Source: a virus
Lineage: Duplodnaviria; Heunggongvirae; Uroviricota; Caudoviricetes
Strand: one strand, 5' to 3'
Virus record (IMG/VR): IMGVR_UViG_2563366937_000007
DNA length: 52,243 bases
The position numbers and the translations under genes were made by a program. Shown here in pieces: positions 39,385-49,457 of this stretch; position 1 is the stretch's first letter, and every line of letters starts with the position of its first letter. The notes beneath the pieces are model-generated. The model had not been told where the DNA came from and searched no databases. It saw only the letters and a program-made list of their open reading frames with translations.

Positions 39385-40158
39385 ATGACATCCTTTCAAT
39401 TATCTTTGATTTCTCGTGAAATTGACGGCGAAATAATACATTTACGTGCCAAAGATGGTTACATAAACGCCACATCAATGTGTAGAACTGCGGGCAAACT
39501 GCTCTCTGATTACACTAGACTCAAAACTACTCAAGAGTTTTTTGACGAATTATCACGCGATATGGGAATTCCCATATCGGAGTTAATTCAATCATTTAAA
39601 GGTGGAAGACCTGAAAACCAAGGGACATGGGTGCATCCTGACATCGCTATTAATCTAGCGCAGTGGCTATCGCCCAAATTTGCAGTCCAGGTTTCAAGAT
39701 GGGTTCGTGAATGGATGTCAGGGGAAAGAACTACAGCAGAAATGCCTGTACATTTAAAACGGTACATGGTTAATCGTAGTAGAATTCCTCACACGCACTT
39801 TTCTATTCTTAATGAACTGACATTCAACTTGGTTGCACCTCTTGAACAAGCAGGGTACACACTCCCAGAAAAAATGGTTCCTGACATTTCACAAGGAAGA
39901 GTATTTTCACAATGGTTAAGAGATAATAGAAACATAGAACCCAAAACATTCCCTACCTATGACCATGAATATCCCGATGGTCGCGTATACCCTGCAAGGC
40001 TGTACCCAAATGAATATTTAGCAGATTTCAAAGAACATTTTAACAATATTTGGTTGCCGCAATATGCCCCGAAATACTTCGCTGACCGGGACAAAAAGGC
40101 TCTCGCCTTGATTGAAAAAATTATGCTACCTAACCTCGATGGCAATGAACAGTTCTAA
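39385..40158 (+). CDS. KilA-N domain protein (possible antirepressor-like)
   Basis: 257 aa; N-terminal KilA-N-like segment; on the opposite strand to the surrounding early operon; AT-rich upstream region. Confidence 0.6.
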   Translation: MTSFQLSLISREIDGEIIHLRAKDGYINATSMCRTAGKLLSDYTRLKTTQEFFDELSRDMGIPISELIQSFKGGRPENQGTWVHPDIAINLAQWLSPKFAVQVSRWVREWMSGERTTAEMPVHLKRYMVNRSRIPHTHFSILNELTFNLVAPLEQAGYTLPEKMVPDISQGRVFSQWLRDNRNIEPKTFPTYDHEYPDGRVYPARLYPNEYLADFKEHFNNIWLPQYAPKYFADRDKKALALIEKIMLPNLDGNEQF

Positions 40159-40165
40159 ATGATTA

Positions 40166-40190
40166 GCCAGCCCCATAAGGGCTGGTTATT
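40166..40190 (+). terminator. rho-independent terminator after the KilA-N gene
   Basis: CCAGCCC-CATAA-GGGCTGG hairpin followed by TTATTT. Confidence 0.5.
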
Positions 40191-40198
40191 TAGTATTA

Positions 40199-40282
40199 TC
40201 AACCCCAGCGGCAAATCGAATACACCACCAGCGCCACCGCCATCGCAATTCCTACCGTTGTGAATGCTTCAGACCAGGTCAT
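40199..40282 (-). CDS. candidate small hydrophobic protein, 27 aa
   Basis: GGAGGA sits 8 nt before the ATG; MTWSEAFTTVGIAMAVALVVYSICRWG; below the ORF-track cut-off. Confidence 0.3.
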   Translation of the reverse strand: MTWSEAFTTVGIAMAVALVVYSICRWG

Positions 40283-40331
40283 CGTAAAACATCCTCCACG
40301 CTTATAAGTCCGCTTCGCTCCAGGTAGTCCA

Positions 40332-40781
40332 TCACTTTATCCGGCAATTTGCAGCCGGTTTCGCTTTCTTCAGTTGACTAACCAATTGTTTAACCAGCAT
40401 TGTCAATTCGCGAACTTGTTTCCCGGGCTCCCCTTTGCCCTGAAGCAGGGCAGCGCGGCAAGCGTTCCATCCCTCAGCATATGTTTCAGTTACACCATCG
40501 AGATGGCATGTAAGCAAATCCATTTCTTCCGGCACTACGGGCGCTGGAAAAACGGCATAGGATGGCGTCCATTTTGGCGCTTTATCTCCAGCCGAACGCT
40601 GATACCAGTCATCCGGTTTGTATTCATAAAAATCACCAACTGGCTCTGCTTCCAGAGATGCCAGAGCAATTTTGAATAATTCGCCCTCTACCCGTGCCAT
40701 CCCTGAATTGGGGTGGCATTTCTCAATCGCTATTTTTAATTTAGCTTCTTCGATTAATTGCTTTTTGGTTAATTCAGTCAT
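40332..40781 (-). CDS. hypothetical protein, 149 aa
   Basis: ORF-track ORF in the early-right operon. Confidence 0.45.
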   Translation of the reverse strand: MTELTKKQLIEEAKLKIAIEKCHPNSGMARVEGELFKIALASLEAEPVGDFYEYKPDDWYQRSAGDKAPKWTPSYAVFPAPVVPEEMDLLTCHLDGVTETYAEGWNACRAALLQGKGEPGKQVRELTMLVKQLVSQLKKAKPAANCRIK

Positions 40782-40942
40782 TTTTCATTACCGCCCTTTC
40801 GGGCCGCCTCCTAATATTTTGAGGGTGCAGCCCCCCCCTCCGGTTAAGGATTAAATTTTATTTACAGTGCTAAATTTAATTATTCAGATTTGGATTATGA
40901 TTTCTCTTTCAGTTCACGCAGTTCCCTGATTGTTAATTTGGC

Positions 40943-41365
40943 TCACAACAGCACATCCTGAAAATTACCCTGATAGAACGCCAGTACACGCTGTATGACT
41001 TCGCTCTTCCGGCACTCGCGACAGATTATATTCAGACGCCTGTCATAGCGGCGTATTTCTCCGTCTGGTAATGACCAGATAAGGTCCGGATCAACTACAG
41101 CAGGTTTCTTCACCTTTGCCCTCGATAGTTTTTTGCGGGCGTTTTGCCAGTCCTTACGAGCCTGTTCAGAGGGAAATAGCCCGTAGCCGGAGTTATATAC
41201 ATCGCCACTGGCAACCAGCTCTCTGGCGAGAACGCTCATTAAATATCTTGTCGCACCTGTCTTAGCTTCAAGTTGTCGTAACGTCTCGCGCCCATTCTGG
41301 CGCACGAGTTCAACAACCTGCCCCTTAATTTTTTCCCGCTCTTCTTGTGTAAATACTTTTGCCAT
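40943..41365 (-). CDS. hypothetical protein, about 140 aa (possible winged-helix)
   Basis: GGAGG sits 7 nt before the ATG of MAKVFTQEE.... Confidence 0.45.
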   Translation of the reverse strand: MAKVFTQEEREKIKGQVVELVRQNGRETLRQLEAKTGATRYLMSVLARELVASGDVYNSGYGLFPSEQARKDWQNARKKLSRAKVKKPAVVDPDLIWSLPDGEIRRYDRRLNIICRECRKSEVIQRVLAFYQGNFQDVLL

Positions 41366-41380
41366 AAGCGCCTCCGGCAA

Positions 41381-42144
41381 TCACTTTTCCGATACAACAC
41401 AGCGGGAAGAATCAGTAATCTGGCGAACAATATCCCGGTGCTTGTTCAACTCCCGCAGCGCGGCGCAGACACGCTCCCACTTCTGGACATGGCTTTTCGC
41501 CCGACGCAGTTCACGATTTGCTATATGCAGCGATGGTAAAATCAGGTTATCCGCTTGCGTTTCAGTAAACGATGGCAACGACTGCACAATGTCCGCCACA
41601 GTTTCTGTTTTAATATCTTCCTGTGTTGCAGCTTCCAGTACTGGTAACGCAACACCGGCTGGCTGAGGAAAGGCTTTACCATCAGTTTCCGCTACCGATG
41701 CAGCTTTCGGCTCTGCTGGTAAATTATCGCCCGGCATGCAGTAACGAAATTTACCGTTCTGATTAACGCGAATCAGACGACCTTTACTGATTGCCATTGC
41801 CAGCGTTGAAGCCACTTTGCGTGATGTGATGCCGAAAAACGTAGCCAGTTCTTCCGCCGTTTGTGGGCCACGTTGTTCAATCGTCGCAGTTAAATCGCAC
41901 TCCGAAATTTTTGCGACTGTTGCCGTGGTGGTTTCTTCCGGCAGTTCTGCCTGCTCTGGCTGTTCCTGCTGAACGTTGTTATCAGCCACGCGCCAGGTGT
42001 ATACGCTTTTATCAACGAAGCCAGCCTTTTTCAGTTCCCACAGCTCGTTCAGCACTTCTTCACGACTGATATCAAGTCGCGCAGCCAGTTCTACCGACGT
42101 AGCTTTCCCCATTGCTTTCAGTGCGTCAAAAACAGTCTCCATTA
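41381..42144 (-). CDS. hypothetical protein, about 254 aa, with two winged-helix-like segments
   Basis: Start taken at [13 protein letters not shown]... (GGGAGA upstream). Confidence 0.45.
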
Positions 42145-42164
42145 AATTTTTCTCCCGGTAAAAA

Positions 42165-42911
42165 TTACTTCGCAATTCCTGGCTGGACGACATTCGGACG
42201 CCAGCTCTCCCAGTTAAAATTCACCCATCGCCCGCCGTTCATGGTCATGCGATCCATAATCCGCTCGCCGAGCAATGTTTTCATGGCCCCATAGTTCAGG
42301 TTTGTCAGCATCCCCACGCTGCGCATCGACGCTGTCCGGCGATCAACAATCTGGTGCAGTACCACCTGCTCGTTTTTCGTCTCGCGCTGAATGCCAATTT
42401 CATCAAGAACCAGCAGATCCACTTCGCACAGTTCCCGCAAAAATTTTTCGCCTGATTTCCCGTCGTCATAGCTGGCGTGTAGAGCACTCATGACATCAGC
42501 CACGGTAACCACAATCACTGTCTGGCCATCTTTCAGCAGGCGATTCCCGATTGCCGCCGCCAGATGGTTTTTTCCGGTACCAGGTTTTCCGCTGAACGCA
42601 AAATTTGTACACCCGGTCATCAGTTCATCAGCGATAGATTTCGCCTGGCTCAACGCGTATCGCTGGCCGTCGTTCTGCACCAGGTAATTCGCAAACGAGC
42701 ATTTGCGGTGCAACGGCTGGATGCCGGAGCGATTCAGGATTTTTTCCACCCGCAACTGACGATTCTGACGGTTGATCTCCTCACAACGTTTCTGGCCTTC
42801 TGCAAGTTGCCACTCGCGCCACTCAGCCACCGTCCTGAATGGGGCGGTTACATGTGGCGGGGCCAGTCTGCGGATACGTTCAAGAATGCCGCCTGCCGCA
42901 ATATTTTTCAT
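42165..42911 (-). CDS. ydaV: DnaC-like replication ATPase (IstB-like)
   Basis: 248 aa; Walker [16 protein letters not shown]; Walker B LLVLDEIG. Confidence 0.8.
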   Translation of the reverse strand: MKNIAAGGILERIRRLAPPHVTAPFRTVAEWREWQLAEGQKRCEEINRQNRQLRVEKILNRSGIQPLHRKCSFANYLVQNDGQRYALSQAKSIADELMTGCTNFAFSGKPGTGKNHLAAAIGNRLLKDGQTVIVVTVADVMSALHASYDDGKSGEKFLRELCEVDLLVLDEIGIQRETKNEQVVLHQIVDRRTASMRSVGMLTNLNYGAMKTLLGERIMDRMTMNGGRWVNFNWESWRPNVVQPGIAK

Positions 42912-42917
42912 GGTCAG

Positions 42918-43775
42918 TTACCCCCTGAAGCCTGGCGGGATCGCACTATCCGGTAACGAGACGGTGTTAACCTGTCGGAGTAACGTCTCAGGTCGAACAC
43001 CTTTTGGCGCGAACAAGCCCTGGTATTCATTGGCGATGCTGTGTCGAATCACCTGCTCAGGTGAAAAACCCTGCTGGCGGAATTTTTCCAGCTCCCGTAT
43101 CGCCCCGTTAGCGCCCTGCTCCGTTCGAATCGGTTTACGCAATGCCTGGCGAAATTCAACCCACTCACGCCAAAGCGAGACAGAAATCCAGTTCGGCAAA
43201 GCAATATCCAGAGGGTCAAACTTTTTAACACCTCGATTCCCCCGGGGGGGATTTAGGGGGGGATCTGTTTTTAGATCTTTATCTGTATCTTTATTAGTTG
43301 CCTTTGTGTTGACATCGTGTTCAAACACCACTTCAACATCTGTTTGAACACCTGTTAAATTTCTCTCTTGTTTTGTTTGAACATCTGCTTCCTTTCTGCT
43401 TCTTCTGGCCTGAACCGATGCTTTTCCTGCGGCTGATTTTTTGGTTAATTTTTCCCTGACTGATGCCAGATCTTCCTCAATCCGAAGATGCACCCATTCC
43501 TCGCCGTTATCACAAAAAAACTCCCGCAAGGATGGTTCAACATCAGCCCATCGCTCGTTAGTCAGGCGGGCAATTTTTGCCAGCCTGTTTTTGGGTATTG
43601 GCTTTCCTGTTTGCCAGTAATTGAACATCAGCAACAAATACGCACCGTGCTCCTCTGCTGACAAATGCATGGTGTCAGCCAGGTAATCAGCTATGTACAG
43701 TTGCATGTATGGTAATGCGGCCATAATTGCCCCGTATGATGCTGCCCGGTTGCTTAGAATAAGCACAAACAGCAT
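42918..43775 (-). CDS. ydaU: replication initiation protein (O-like)
   Basis: 285 aa; position between ydaT and the DnaC-like gene; an internal start at 43724 has the better Shine-Dalgarno. Confidence 0.6.
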   Translation of the reverse strand: MLFVLILSNRAASYGAIMAALPYMQLYIADYLADTMHLSAEEHGAYLLLMFNYWQTGKPIPKNRLAKIARLTNERWADVEPSLREFFCDNGEEWVHLRIEEDLASVREKLTKKSAAGKASVQARRSRKEADVQTKQERNLTGVQTDVEVVFEHDVNTKATNKDTDKDLKTDPPLNPPRGNRGVKKFDPLDIALPNWISVSLWREWVEFRQALRKPIRTEQGANGAIRELEKFRQQGFSPEQVIRHSIANEYQGLFAPKGVRPETLLRQVNTVSLPDSAIPPGFRG

Positions 43776-43787
43776 GGAAACTTTTGC

Positions 43788-44210
43788 TTAATGAACAATG
43801 ACAGAATCGTCGGAAGACCCGCCGCCGCTGAAATGTGCTTTCCGGTAAACGGCTTGGACTGCATCATCATGCGCATCAATTGCCGTACTTAACGCTTCCT
43901 GCGCCGCCAGTAATGCACGGCGTTCCAGGGTATCGAAGATGCAGAGTCGGTGACGCAGCTCGCGCGGAAGGATTGCCAGAATTGCTGGGATCAGCTTCTG
44001 AATTTTTTCTCTTTGCGTTTTCGTTTCACCTTTCAACCAACGGTGATAGATATTCTGCTGATTGTTCCAGTCCTTGCCTGGAACCAGGGGCAATTCGCCG
44101 TCCCCCTGGCGCAGATATTCTTCAGTAATTGCATTGGCTACCCATGCCTGCCCTTTTTCGGCTGCCAGGGCTAACAACACTGATTCGATGTGCTCATGCT
44201 TGATTTTCAT
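43788..44210 (-). CDS. ydaT: YdaT-like protein (CII-like position)
   Basis: 140 aa, matching the Rac YdaT length as I remember it; start overlaps the ydaS stop. Confidence 0.55.
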   Translation of the reverse strand: MKIKHEHIESVLLALAAEKGQAWVANAITEEYLRQGDGELPLVPGKDWNNQQNIYHRWLKGETKTQREKIQKLIPAILAILPRELRHRLCIFDTLERRALLAAQEALSTAIDAHDDAVQAVYRKAHFSGGGSSDDSVIVH

Positions 44211-44461
44211 GAATCAACTCCCATCAGCTTTTTCGTAGTAGTTTTATTTTTGCCAATAGTTAAAATTGCATCGGCAGAAAATAATCCGTTTGATGCATGA
44301 GCGATTTTTTCAGCGTAATTTGTTTCGCCGGTATATTCTGTGCGAGGCAGTTTTCCGTTATCCATCCATTTGTAGATTGCTCTTTGGCTGACACCACAAA
44401 CGTCGGCCACAACAGAAACGCGAACAGTTTTGATTACATCTTCAAGTGTTTTCTGGTTCAT
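44207..44461 (-). CDS. ydaS: Cro-like helix-turn-helix regulator
   Basis: HTH segment VSQRAIYKWMDNGKLP; divergent from racR; start uncertain. Confidence 0.55.
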   Translation of the reverse strand: MNQKTLEDVIKTVRVSVVADVCGVSQRAIYKWMDNGKLPRTEYTGETNYAEKIAHASNGLFSADAILTIGKNKTTTKKLMGVDS

Positions 44462-44486
44462 ATCACCCTCACAATGTGAACTTTGA

Positions 44487-44517
44487 GTACATGCTATAAC
44501 AGAACTGACAGTACATT
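44487..44517. promoter_or_regulatory. operator-like AGTACAT repeats in the racR/ydaS divergent promoter region
   Basis: GAGTACATG and CAGTACATT about 24 bp apart, between the divergent starts. Confidence 0.4.
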
Positions 44518-44540
44518 CAAGAGCGAATATCATTGAACTT

Positions 44541-44960
44541 ATGGTTCATGAAGATAAAGCGCGTAAAGAGTTCGCCAGTAGGCTTGCGCTAGCCTGTGAA
44601 AACGCTGGTTATGAACAACATGGAAGGCAGGCAGAAATTGCCCGTCGAATGAAATTAACACCAAAAGCGGTTAGCAAATGGTTTAATGGCGAAACAATTC
44701 CTCGCCGAGAGAAATTAAGGGAATTAGCAACACTCATTGGAACAACACCAACCTATCTTTTGGGAGAGGATACAGAAGAAAGTGGACAGGTACGTTTCTA
44801 TCAGGAGTTAAATCCAAGACAAAAAATCATCATTGACCTTCTGGACGAGCTCCCTGACAGTGAGACAGATGAACTTTTAAAAACTCTTGAGGAGAAAAAA
44901 CAGAAGTACAATGCAATTTACGAAGAGTTAGCACGAAAGAAAAAACAAAAAGCCTCTTAA
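44541..44960 (+). CDS. racR: CI-like prophage repressor (HTH_XRE)
   Basis: 139 aa; HTH segment RQAEIARRMKLTPKAVSKWFNGE; divergent from the cro-like gene. Confidence 0.75.
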   Translation: MVHEDKARKEFASRLALACENAGYEQHGRQAEIARRMKLTPKAVSKWFNGETIPRREKLRELATLIGTTPTYLLGEDTEESGQVRFYQELNPRQKIIIDLLDELPDSETDELLKTLEEKKQKYNAIYEELARKKKQKAS

Positions 44961-45037
44961 ACCAGCATAAATCCGGTAGCGTCTCCCTCCGGGTTTGTGC
45001 TTCACTTTATCCCATCTCATTTTTTTACACACAAAAT

Positions 45038-45076
45038 GTACTTAAAGTACTTTACAACAATGAACACAAAGTACAT
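45038..45076. promoter_or_regulatory. operator-like sites downstream of racR: palindrome GTACTT-A-AAGTAC plus AAGTACATT
   Basis: Same AGTACAT motif as in the racR/ydaS region; lies before the ydaG-kilR operon. Confidence 0.4.
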
Positions 45077-45248
45077 TATATACCTACCAACCCCCCCCCG
45101 CCCCACAGAACGCAGGGCAATACTTCGAGTTACCAGGCAGTGGTCAGGGGTTAAGTAGCCAGCCCGAGGCGTATGAACATGACGGCGGGATTCAAATTTT
45201 GCAGTGCAGCAGTTAGTTCCGCCACCCGGCGTTAAGGGGAGAGATAAG

Positions 45249-45383
45249 ATGGTGTATTACGAAGTAGTTCAGTTTTTGATGGATTGTTGCGATATCACTT
45301 ACAGCCAGGCTGTACAGGCTCTACGCAGCAACGACTGGGATCTCTGGCAGGCAGAAGCCTCTATCCGCAACAACAAAATGTGA
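45249..45383 (+). CDS. ydaG: small protein, 44 aa
   Basis: AAGGGGAG before the ATG; MVYYEVVQFLMDCC...; size and position match Rac ydaG from memory. Confidence 0.4.
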   Translation: MVYYEVVQFLMDCCDITYSQAVQALRSNDWDLWQAEASIRNNKM

Positions 45384-45393
45384 GGTGCGAAAA

Positions 45394-45546
45394 ATGCAAA
45401 AAATCGACCTCGGCAATAACGAATCCCTGGTGTGCGGCGTGTTCCTCAACCAGGATGGAACGTTCACCGCCATGACTTATACCAAAAGCAAAACATTTAA
45501 AACAGAAACAGGCGCACGTCGCTGGCTTGCCAGAAATACTTGCTAA
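45394..45546 (+). CDS. ydaF: small protein, 50 aa
   Basis: GAGGTG before the ATG; MQKIDLGNNESLVCGVF...; size and position match Rac ydaF from memory. Confidence 0.4.
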   Translation: MQKIDLGNNESLVCGVFLNQDGTFTAMTYTKSKTFKTETGARRWLARNTC

Positions 45547-45727
45547 TCCATTATTTGGATTAATTCAATATTCTCGCTGTAGGGGTATAGCAGAAACCAC
45601 CAAAGCCCGGAGGTGGTGAAATAAAACCGGGCACAACACGAAGGCGCATTTCCGATATCCATAAAGAGTCGGTCTTGTCTGTTAAATTTAAATGGTGGGA
45701 GTGCGCCTCCGGTTGTGAATAACAACA

Positions 45728-45792
45728 CTGCTGTGTGTAGTCTTGGCGGCATCAGTTTTTTCTTGAAGTTCGACTGATGTCCGCCCTTTTTA
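45728..45792 (+). ncRNA. DicF-like small RNA candidate
   Basis: GGCGGCATCAG...CTGATGTCCGCC hairpin followed by CTTTTT; shares the GGCGG(U/C)AUCAGUUUU and CCGCCCUUUUU blocks I remember from DicF. Confidence 0.4.
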
Positions 45793-45966
45793 AAGTGAAT
45801 TTTGTGATGCGGTGAATGCGGCTAAGCGCACGCGGCACAGTTAAAAGTCATGTTAGTCCTTATTGGTTTGGGTGGGAAAACCGACTGTAATTGTTAACTG
45901 GTTGCAGTCACCTGGAGGCACCAGGCACCGCATCAACAAAGTTCATTTGTAAAAATGGAGATAATT

Positions 45967-46188
45967 ATGATTGCACATCACTTCGGAACTGATGAAATAC
46001 CACGTCAGTGTGTGACTCCTGGTGATTATGTTCTTCATGAAGGCCGGACATATATCGCCTCGGCAAACAATATTAAAAAGCGAAAACTTTATATTCGTAA
46101 CCTGACTACAAAAACATGCATTTCTGACTGCATGATTAAAGTCTTCCTCGGTCGTGATGGTTTACCTGTAAAGGCGGAGTCATGGTGA
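45967..46188 (+). CDS. kilR: cell-division inhibitor KilR
   Basis: 73 aa from [14 protein letters not shown]...; matches Rac KilR size and order from memory. Confidence 0.65.
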   Translation: MIAHHFGTDEIPRQCVTPGDYVLHEGRTYIASANNIKKRKLYIRNLTTKTCISDCMIKVFLGRDGLPVKAESW

Positions 46189-46358
46189 TGACTAAGAAAA
46201 TAAAATGTGCTTACCACCTTTGCAATAAAGGAATTGAAGAAAGCAAAAGCATTAAAAGACCACTTCATTTCATGCGTGGAGTTATCCCAACGACGGAAAT
46301 GAAAAAATATTGTAGTGAAAATTGTGCCGAAAAAGACCAGATGGCACACGAACTTTAA
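46188..46358 (+). CDS. ydaE: small Cys-rich protein, 56 aa
   Basis: ATG overlaps the kilR stop (TGATG); four Cys (C7, C12, C42, C46). Confidence 0.5.
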   Translation: MTKKIKCAYHLCNKGIEESKSIKRPLHFMRGVIPTTEMKKYCSENCAEKDQMAHEL

Positions 46359-46431
46359 TTAACTGACTATGCGAAACTGAATTTATGCCAGCAATGGCAG
46401 GGATTCGCTCAACCTTAATTAAGGAGAAAAA

Positions 46432-46707
46432 ATGATTACCAATTATGAAGTCACTGTTGTAACTACCGATGACATTGTTCACGAGGTTAATCTGGAAGGA
46501 AAGCGTATTGGCTACGTCATTAAAACAGAAAATAAAGAAACCCCATTCACTGTGGTTGATATTGACGGCCCATCAGGCAACGTAAAAACACTTGATGAAG
46601 GTGTCACAAAAATGAGTCTGGTTCACATCGGAAAGAATCTGCCCGCAGAAAAAAAAGCCGGATTTCTGGCAACTCTGATTGCAATGAAATTAAAAGGTGA
46701 AATCTGA
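46432..46707 (+). CDS. racC: RacC protein
   Basis: 91 aa; AAGGAGA before the ATG; position before recE. Confidence 0.6.
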   Translation: MITNYEVTVVTTDDIVHEVNLEGKRIGYVIKTENKETPFTVVDIDGPSGNVKTLDEGVTKMSLVHIGKNLPAEKKAGFLATLIAMKLKGEI

Positions 46708-46805
46708 AAAAAGAAAGCCTGCACAACGTGCAGGCCTGAGTGAAGAACCTGGGACATTTATTCATCACTCGCAGTAATTTTAATCTGAGTTGAGGTTAAA
46801 AAACA

Positions 46806-49457
46806 ATGAGCACAAAACCACTCTTCCTTTTACGGAAAGCGAAAAAATCATCCGGTGAACCTGACGTCGTCCTGTGGGCAAGCGACGATTTTGAATCAAC
46901 CTGTGCCACTCTGGACTACCTGATCGTTAAGTCAGGTAAAAAACTGAGCAACTATTTTAAAGCTGTTGCCACAAATTTTCCTGTCGTTAATGACCTTCCC
47001 CCTGAAGGTGAGATCGATTTTACCTGGAGTGAACGCTATCAACTCAGCAAAGACTCCATGACCTGGGAACTAAAACCGGGAGCAGCGCCAGACGACGTTC
47101 ACCATCAGGAGGATGCACCGGAAACCGAAGAACCGACGGGAGGCCAGGAAGAAAACGCGCAGGCAGACGCCCACGAGGATTGCCAGGATTGCGAAGTCTC
47201 TGTAGCCACTTTGCGGTTCACACAGCGTCTTCTGCACATTTTTACGTATGCAGCCGGGGATCGAAAATACCTGCATCATGCCACCCGTGAACAACGCAAA
47301 CACATTACTGCTCTTGAGATGGATCAGGAAAACAGCTATGTCCAGAATCTGCTGTTGGCCATACGCAGCATGGCAGAACCGACAACTCTGGATAATGCCG
47401 CCCTGCTCCGCCTGACTGATGCAATTAAGGCAGTGTTCTCTATCACGAAAAAACATCAGCCCTATGAATTTAAGAATTTCATTTCAGCCTGGCTGGATAC
47501 CGAACACATTGATCGCGGTCTTCTGACAAAAGAATGGCGAAAAGGGAATCGTGTTTCACGCATCACTCGCACGGCTTCCGGTGCTAATGCTGGCTGCGGG
47601 AACCTCACCGATCGCGGCGAAGGTTTCGTCCACGATCTGACGTCACTGGCGCGCGATGTAGCCACTGGCGTACTGGCCCGTTCAATGGACGTGGACATCT
47701 ATAACCTTCATCCGGCACACGCTAAACGCATTGAGGAAATTATCGCTGAAAATAAACCACCCTTTTCTGTTTTCCGCGACAAATTCATCACCATGCCTGG
47801 CGGGCTGGATTATTCCCGCGCCATCGTGGTTGCGTCCGTGAAAGAAGCACCAATTGGGATCGAGGTCATCCCCGCACACGTCACTGAATATCTGAACAAA
47901 GTACTGACTGAAACTGATCATGCCAACCCTGATCCGGAAATCGTGGATATTGCCTGCGGTCGCTCCTCGGCCCCGATGCCGCAGCGAGTAACAGAAGAAG
48001 GAAAACAGGATGATGAAGAAAAACCGCAACCATCTGGAACAACGGCAGATGAACAGGGAGAGGCTGAAACAATGGAACCGGACGCAACTGAACATCATCA
48101 GGACACGCAGCCACTGGATGCTCAGTCACAGGTAAATTCTGTTGAAGCGAAATATCAGGAACTGCGGGCAGAACTCCATGAAGCCCGGAAAAACATTCCA
48201 TCAAAAAATCCTGTCGATGCCGATAAATTGCTTGCTGCATCACGTGGTGAATTTGTTGACGGAATTAGCGACCCGAACGATCCGAAATGGGTTAAGGGGA
48301 TCCAGACTCGCGATTCTGTGTACCAGAACCAGCCAGAAACGGAAAAAATCAGCCCGGATATGAAACAACCTGAGCCAGTAGTGCAACAGGAACCGGAAAT
48401 AGCCTGCAATGCCTGCGGTCAGACTGGCGGGGATAACTGCCCTGACTGTGGTGCGGTGATGGGCGACGCAACATACCAGGAAACATTCGATGAAGAGAAT
48501 CAGGTTGAAGCTAAGGAAAATGATCCGGAGAAAATGGAAGGCGCTGAACATCCGCACAATGAGAATGCTGGCAGCGATCCGCATCGCGATTGCAGTGATG
48601 AAACTGGCGAAGTCGCAGATCCCGTAATCGTAGAAGACATAGAGCCAGGTATTTATTACGGAATTTCGAATGAGAATTACCACGCGGGTCCCGGTGTCAG
48701 TAAGTCTCAGCTCGATGACATTGCTGATACTCCGGCACTGTATTTGTGGCGTAAAAATGCCCCCGTGGACACCACAAAGACAAAAACGCTCGATTTAGGA
48801 ACCGCTTTCCACTGCCGGGTACTTGAACCGGAAGAATTCAGTAACCGCTTTATCGTAGCACCTGAATTTAACCGCCGTACAAACGCCGGAAAAGAAGAGG
48901 AGAAAGCGTTTCTGATGGAATGCGCAAACACAGGAAAAACGGTTATCACTGCGGAAGAAGGCCGGAAAATTGAACTCATGTATCAAAGCGTTATGGCTTT
49001 GCCGCTGGGGCAATGGCTTGTTGAAAGCGCCGGACACGCTGAATCATCAATTTACTGGGAAGATCCTGAAACAGGAATTTTGTGTCGGTGCCGTCCGGAC
49101 AAAATTATCCCTGAATTTCACTGGATCATGGACGTGAAAACTACGGCGGATATTCAACGATTCAAAACGGCTTATTACGACTACCGCTATCACGTTCAGG
49201 ATGCATTCTACAGTGACGGTTATGAAGCACAGTTTGGAGTGCAGCCAACTTTCGTTTTTCTGGTTGCCAGCACAACTATTGAATGCGGACGTTATCCGGT
49301 TGAAATTTTCATGATGGGCGAAGAAGCAAAACTGGCAGGTCAGCTGGAATATCACCGCAATCTGCGAACCCTGGCTGACTGCCTCAATACCGATGAATGG
49401 CCAGCTATTAAGACGTTATCACTGCCCCGCTGGGCTAAGGAATATGCAAATGACTAA
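46806..49457 (+). CDS. recE: exodeoxyribonuclease VIII (RecE)
   Basis: 883 aa; translationally coupled to recT. Confidence 0.85.
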   Translation: MSTKPLFLLRKAKKSSGEPDVVLWASDDFESTCATLDYLIVKSGKKLSNYFKAVATNFPVVNDLPPEGEIDFTWSERYQLSKDSMTWELKPGAAPDDVHHQEDAPETEEPTGGQEENAQADAHEDCQDCEVSVATLRFTQRLLHIFTYAAGDRKYLHHATREQRKHITALEMDQENSYVQNLLLAIRSMAEPTTLDNAALLRLTDAIKAVFSITKKHQPYEFKNFISAWLDTEHIDRGLLTKEWRKGNRVSRITRTASGANAGCGNLTDRGEGFVHDLTSLARDVATGVLARSMDVDIYNLHPAHAKRIEEIIAENKPPFSVFRDKFITMPGGLDYSRAIVVASVKEAPIGIEVIPAHVTEYLNKVLTETDHANPDPEIVDIACGRSSAPMPQRVTEEGKQDDEEKPQPSGTTADEQGEAETMEPDATEHHQDTQPLDAQSQVNSVEAKYQELRAELHEARKNIPSKNPVDADKLLAASRGEFVDGISDPNDPKWVKGIQTRDSVYQNQPETEKISPDMKQPEPVVQQEPEIACNACGQTGGDNCPDCGAVMGDATYQETFDEENQVEAKENDPEKMEGAEHPHNENAGSDPHRDCSDETGEVADPVIVEDIEPGIYYGISNENYHAGPGVSKSQLDDIADTPALYLWRKNAPVDTTKTKTLDLGTAFHCRVLEPEEFSNRFIVAPEFNRRTNAGKEEEKAFLMECANTGKTVITAEEGRKIELMYQSVMALPLGQWLVESAGHAESSIYWEDPETGILCRCRPDKIIPEFHWIMDVKTTADIQRFKTAYYDYRYHVQDAFYSDGYEAQFGVQPTFVFLVASTTIECGRYPVEIFMMGEEAKLAGQLEYHRNLRTLADCLNTDEWPAIKTLSLPRWAKEYAND

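Noticed and set aside
45543-45752. 69-aa minus-strand ORF in the ydaF-kilR gap
   Set aside because: No RBS and a Pro/Leu/Phe-rich product; the region is better explained by the hairpin/terminator sRNA-like element on the plus strand.
47070-48683. Several minus-strand ORFs of 78-147 aa
   Set aside because: All lie antisense inside recE.
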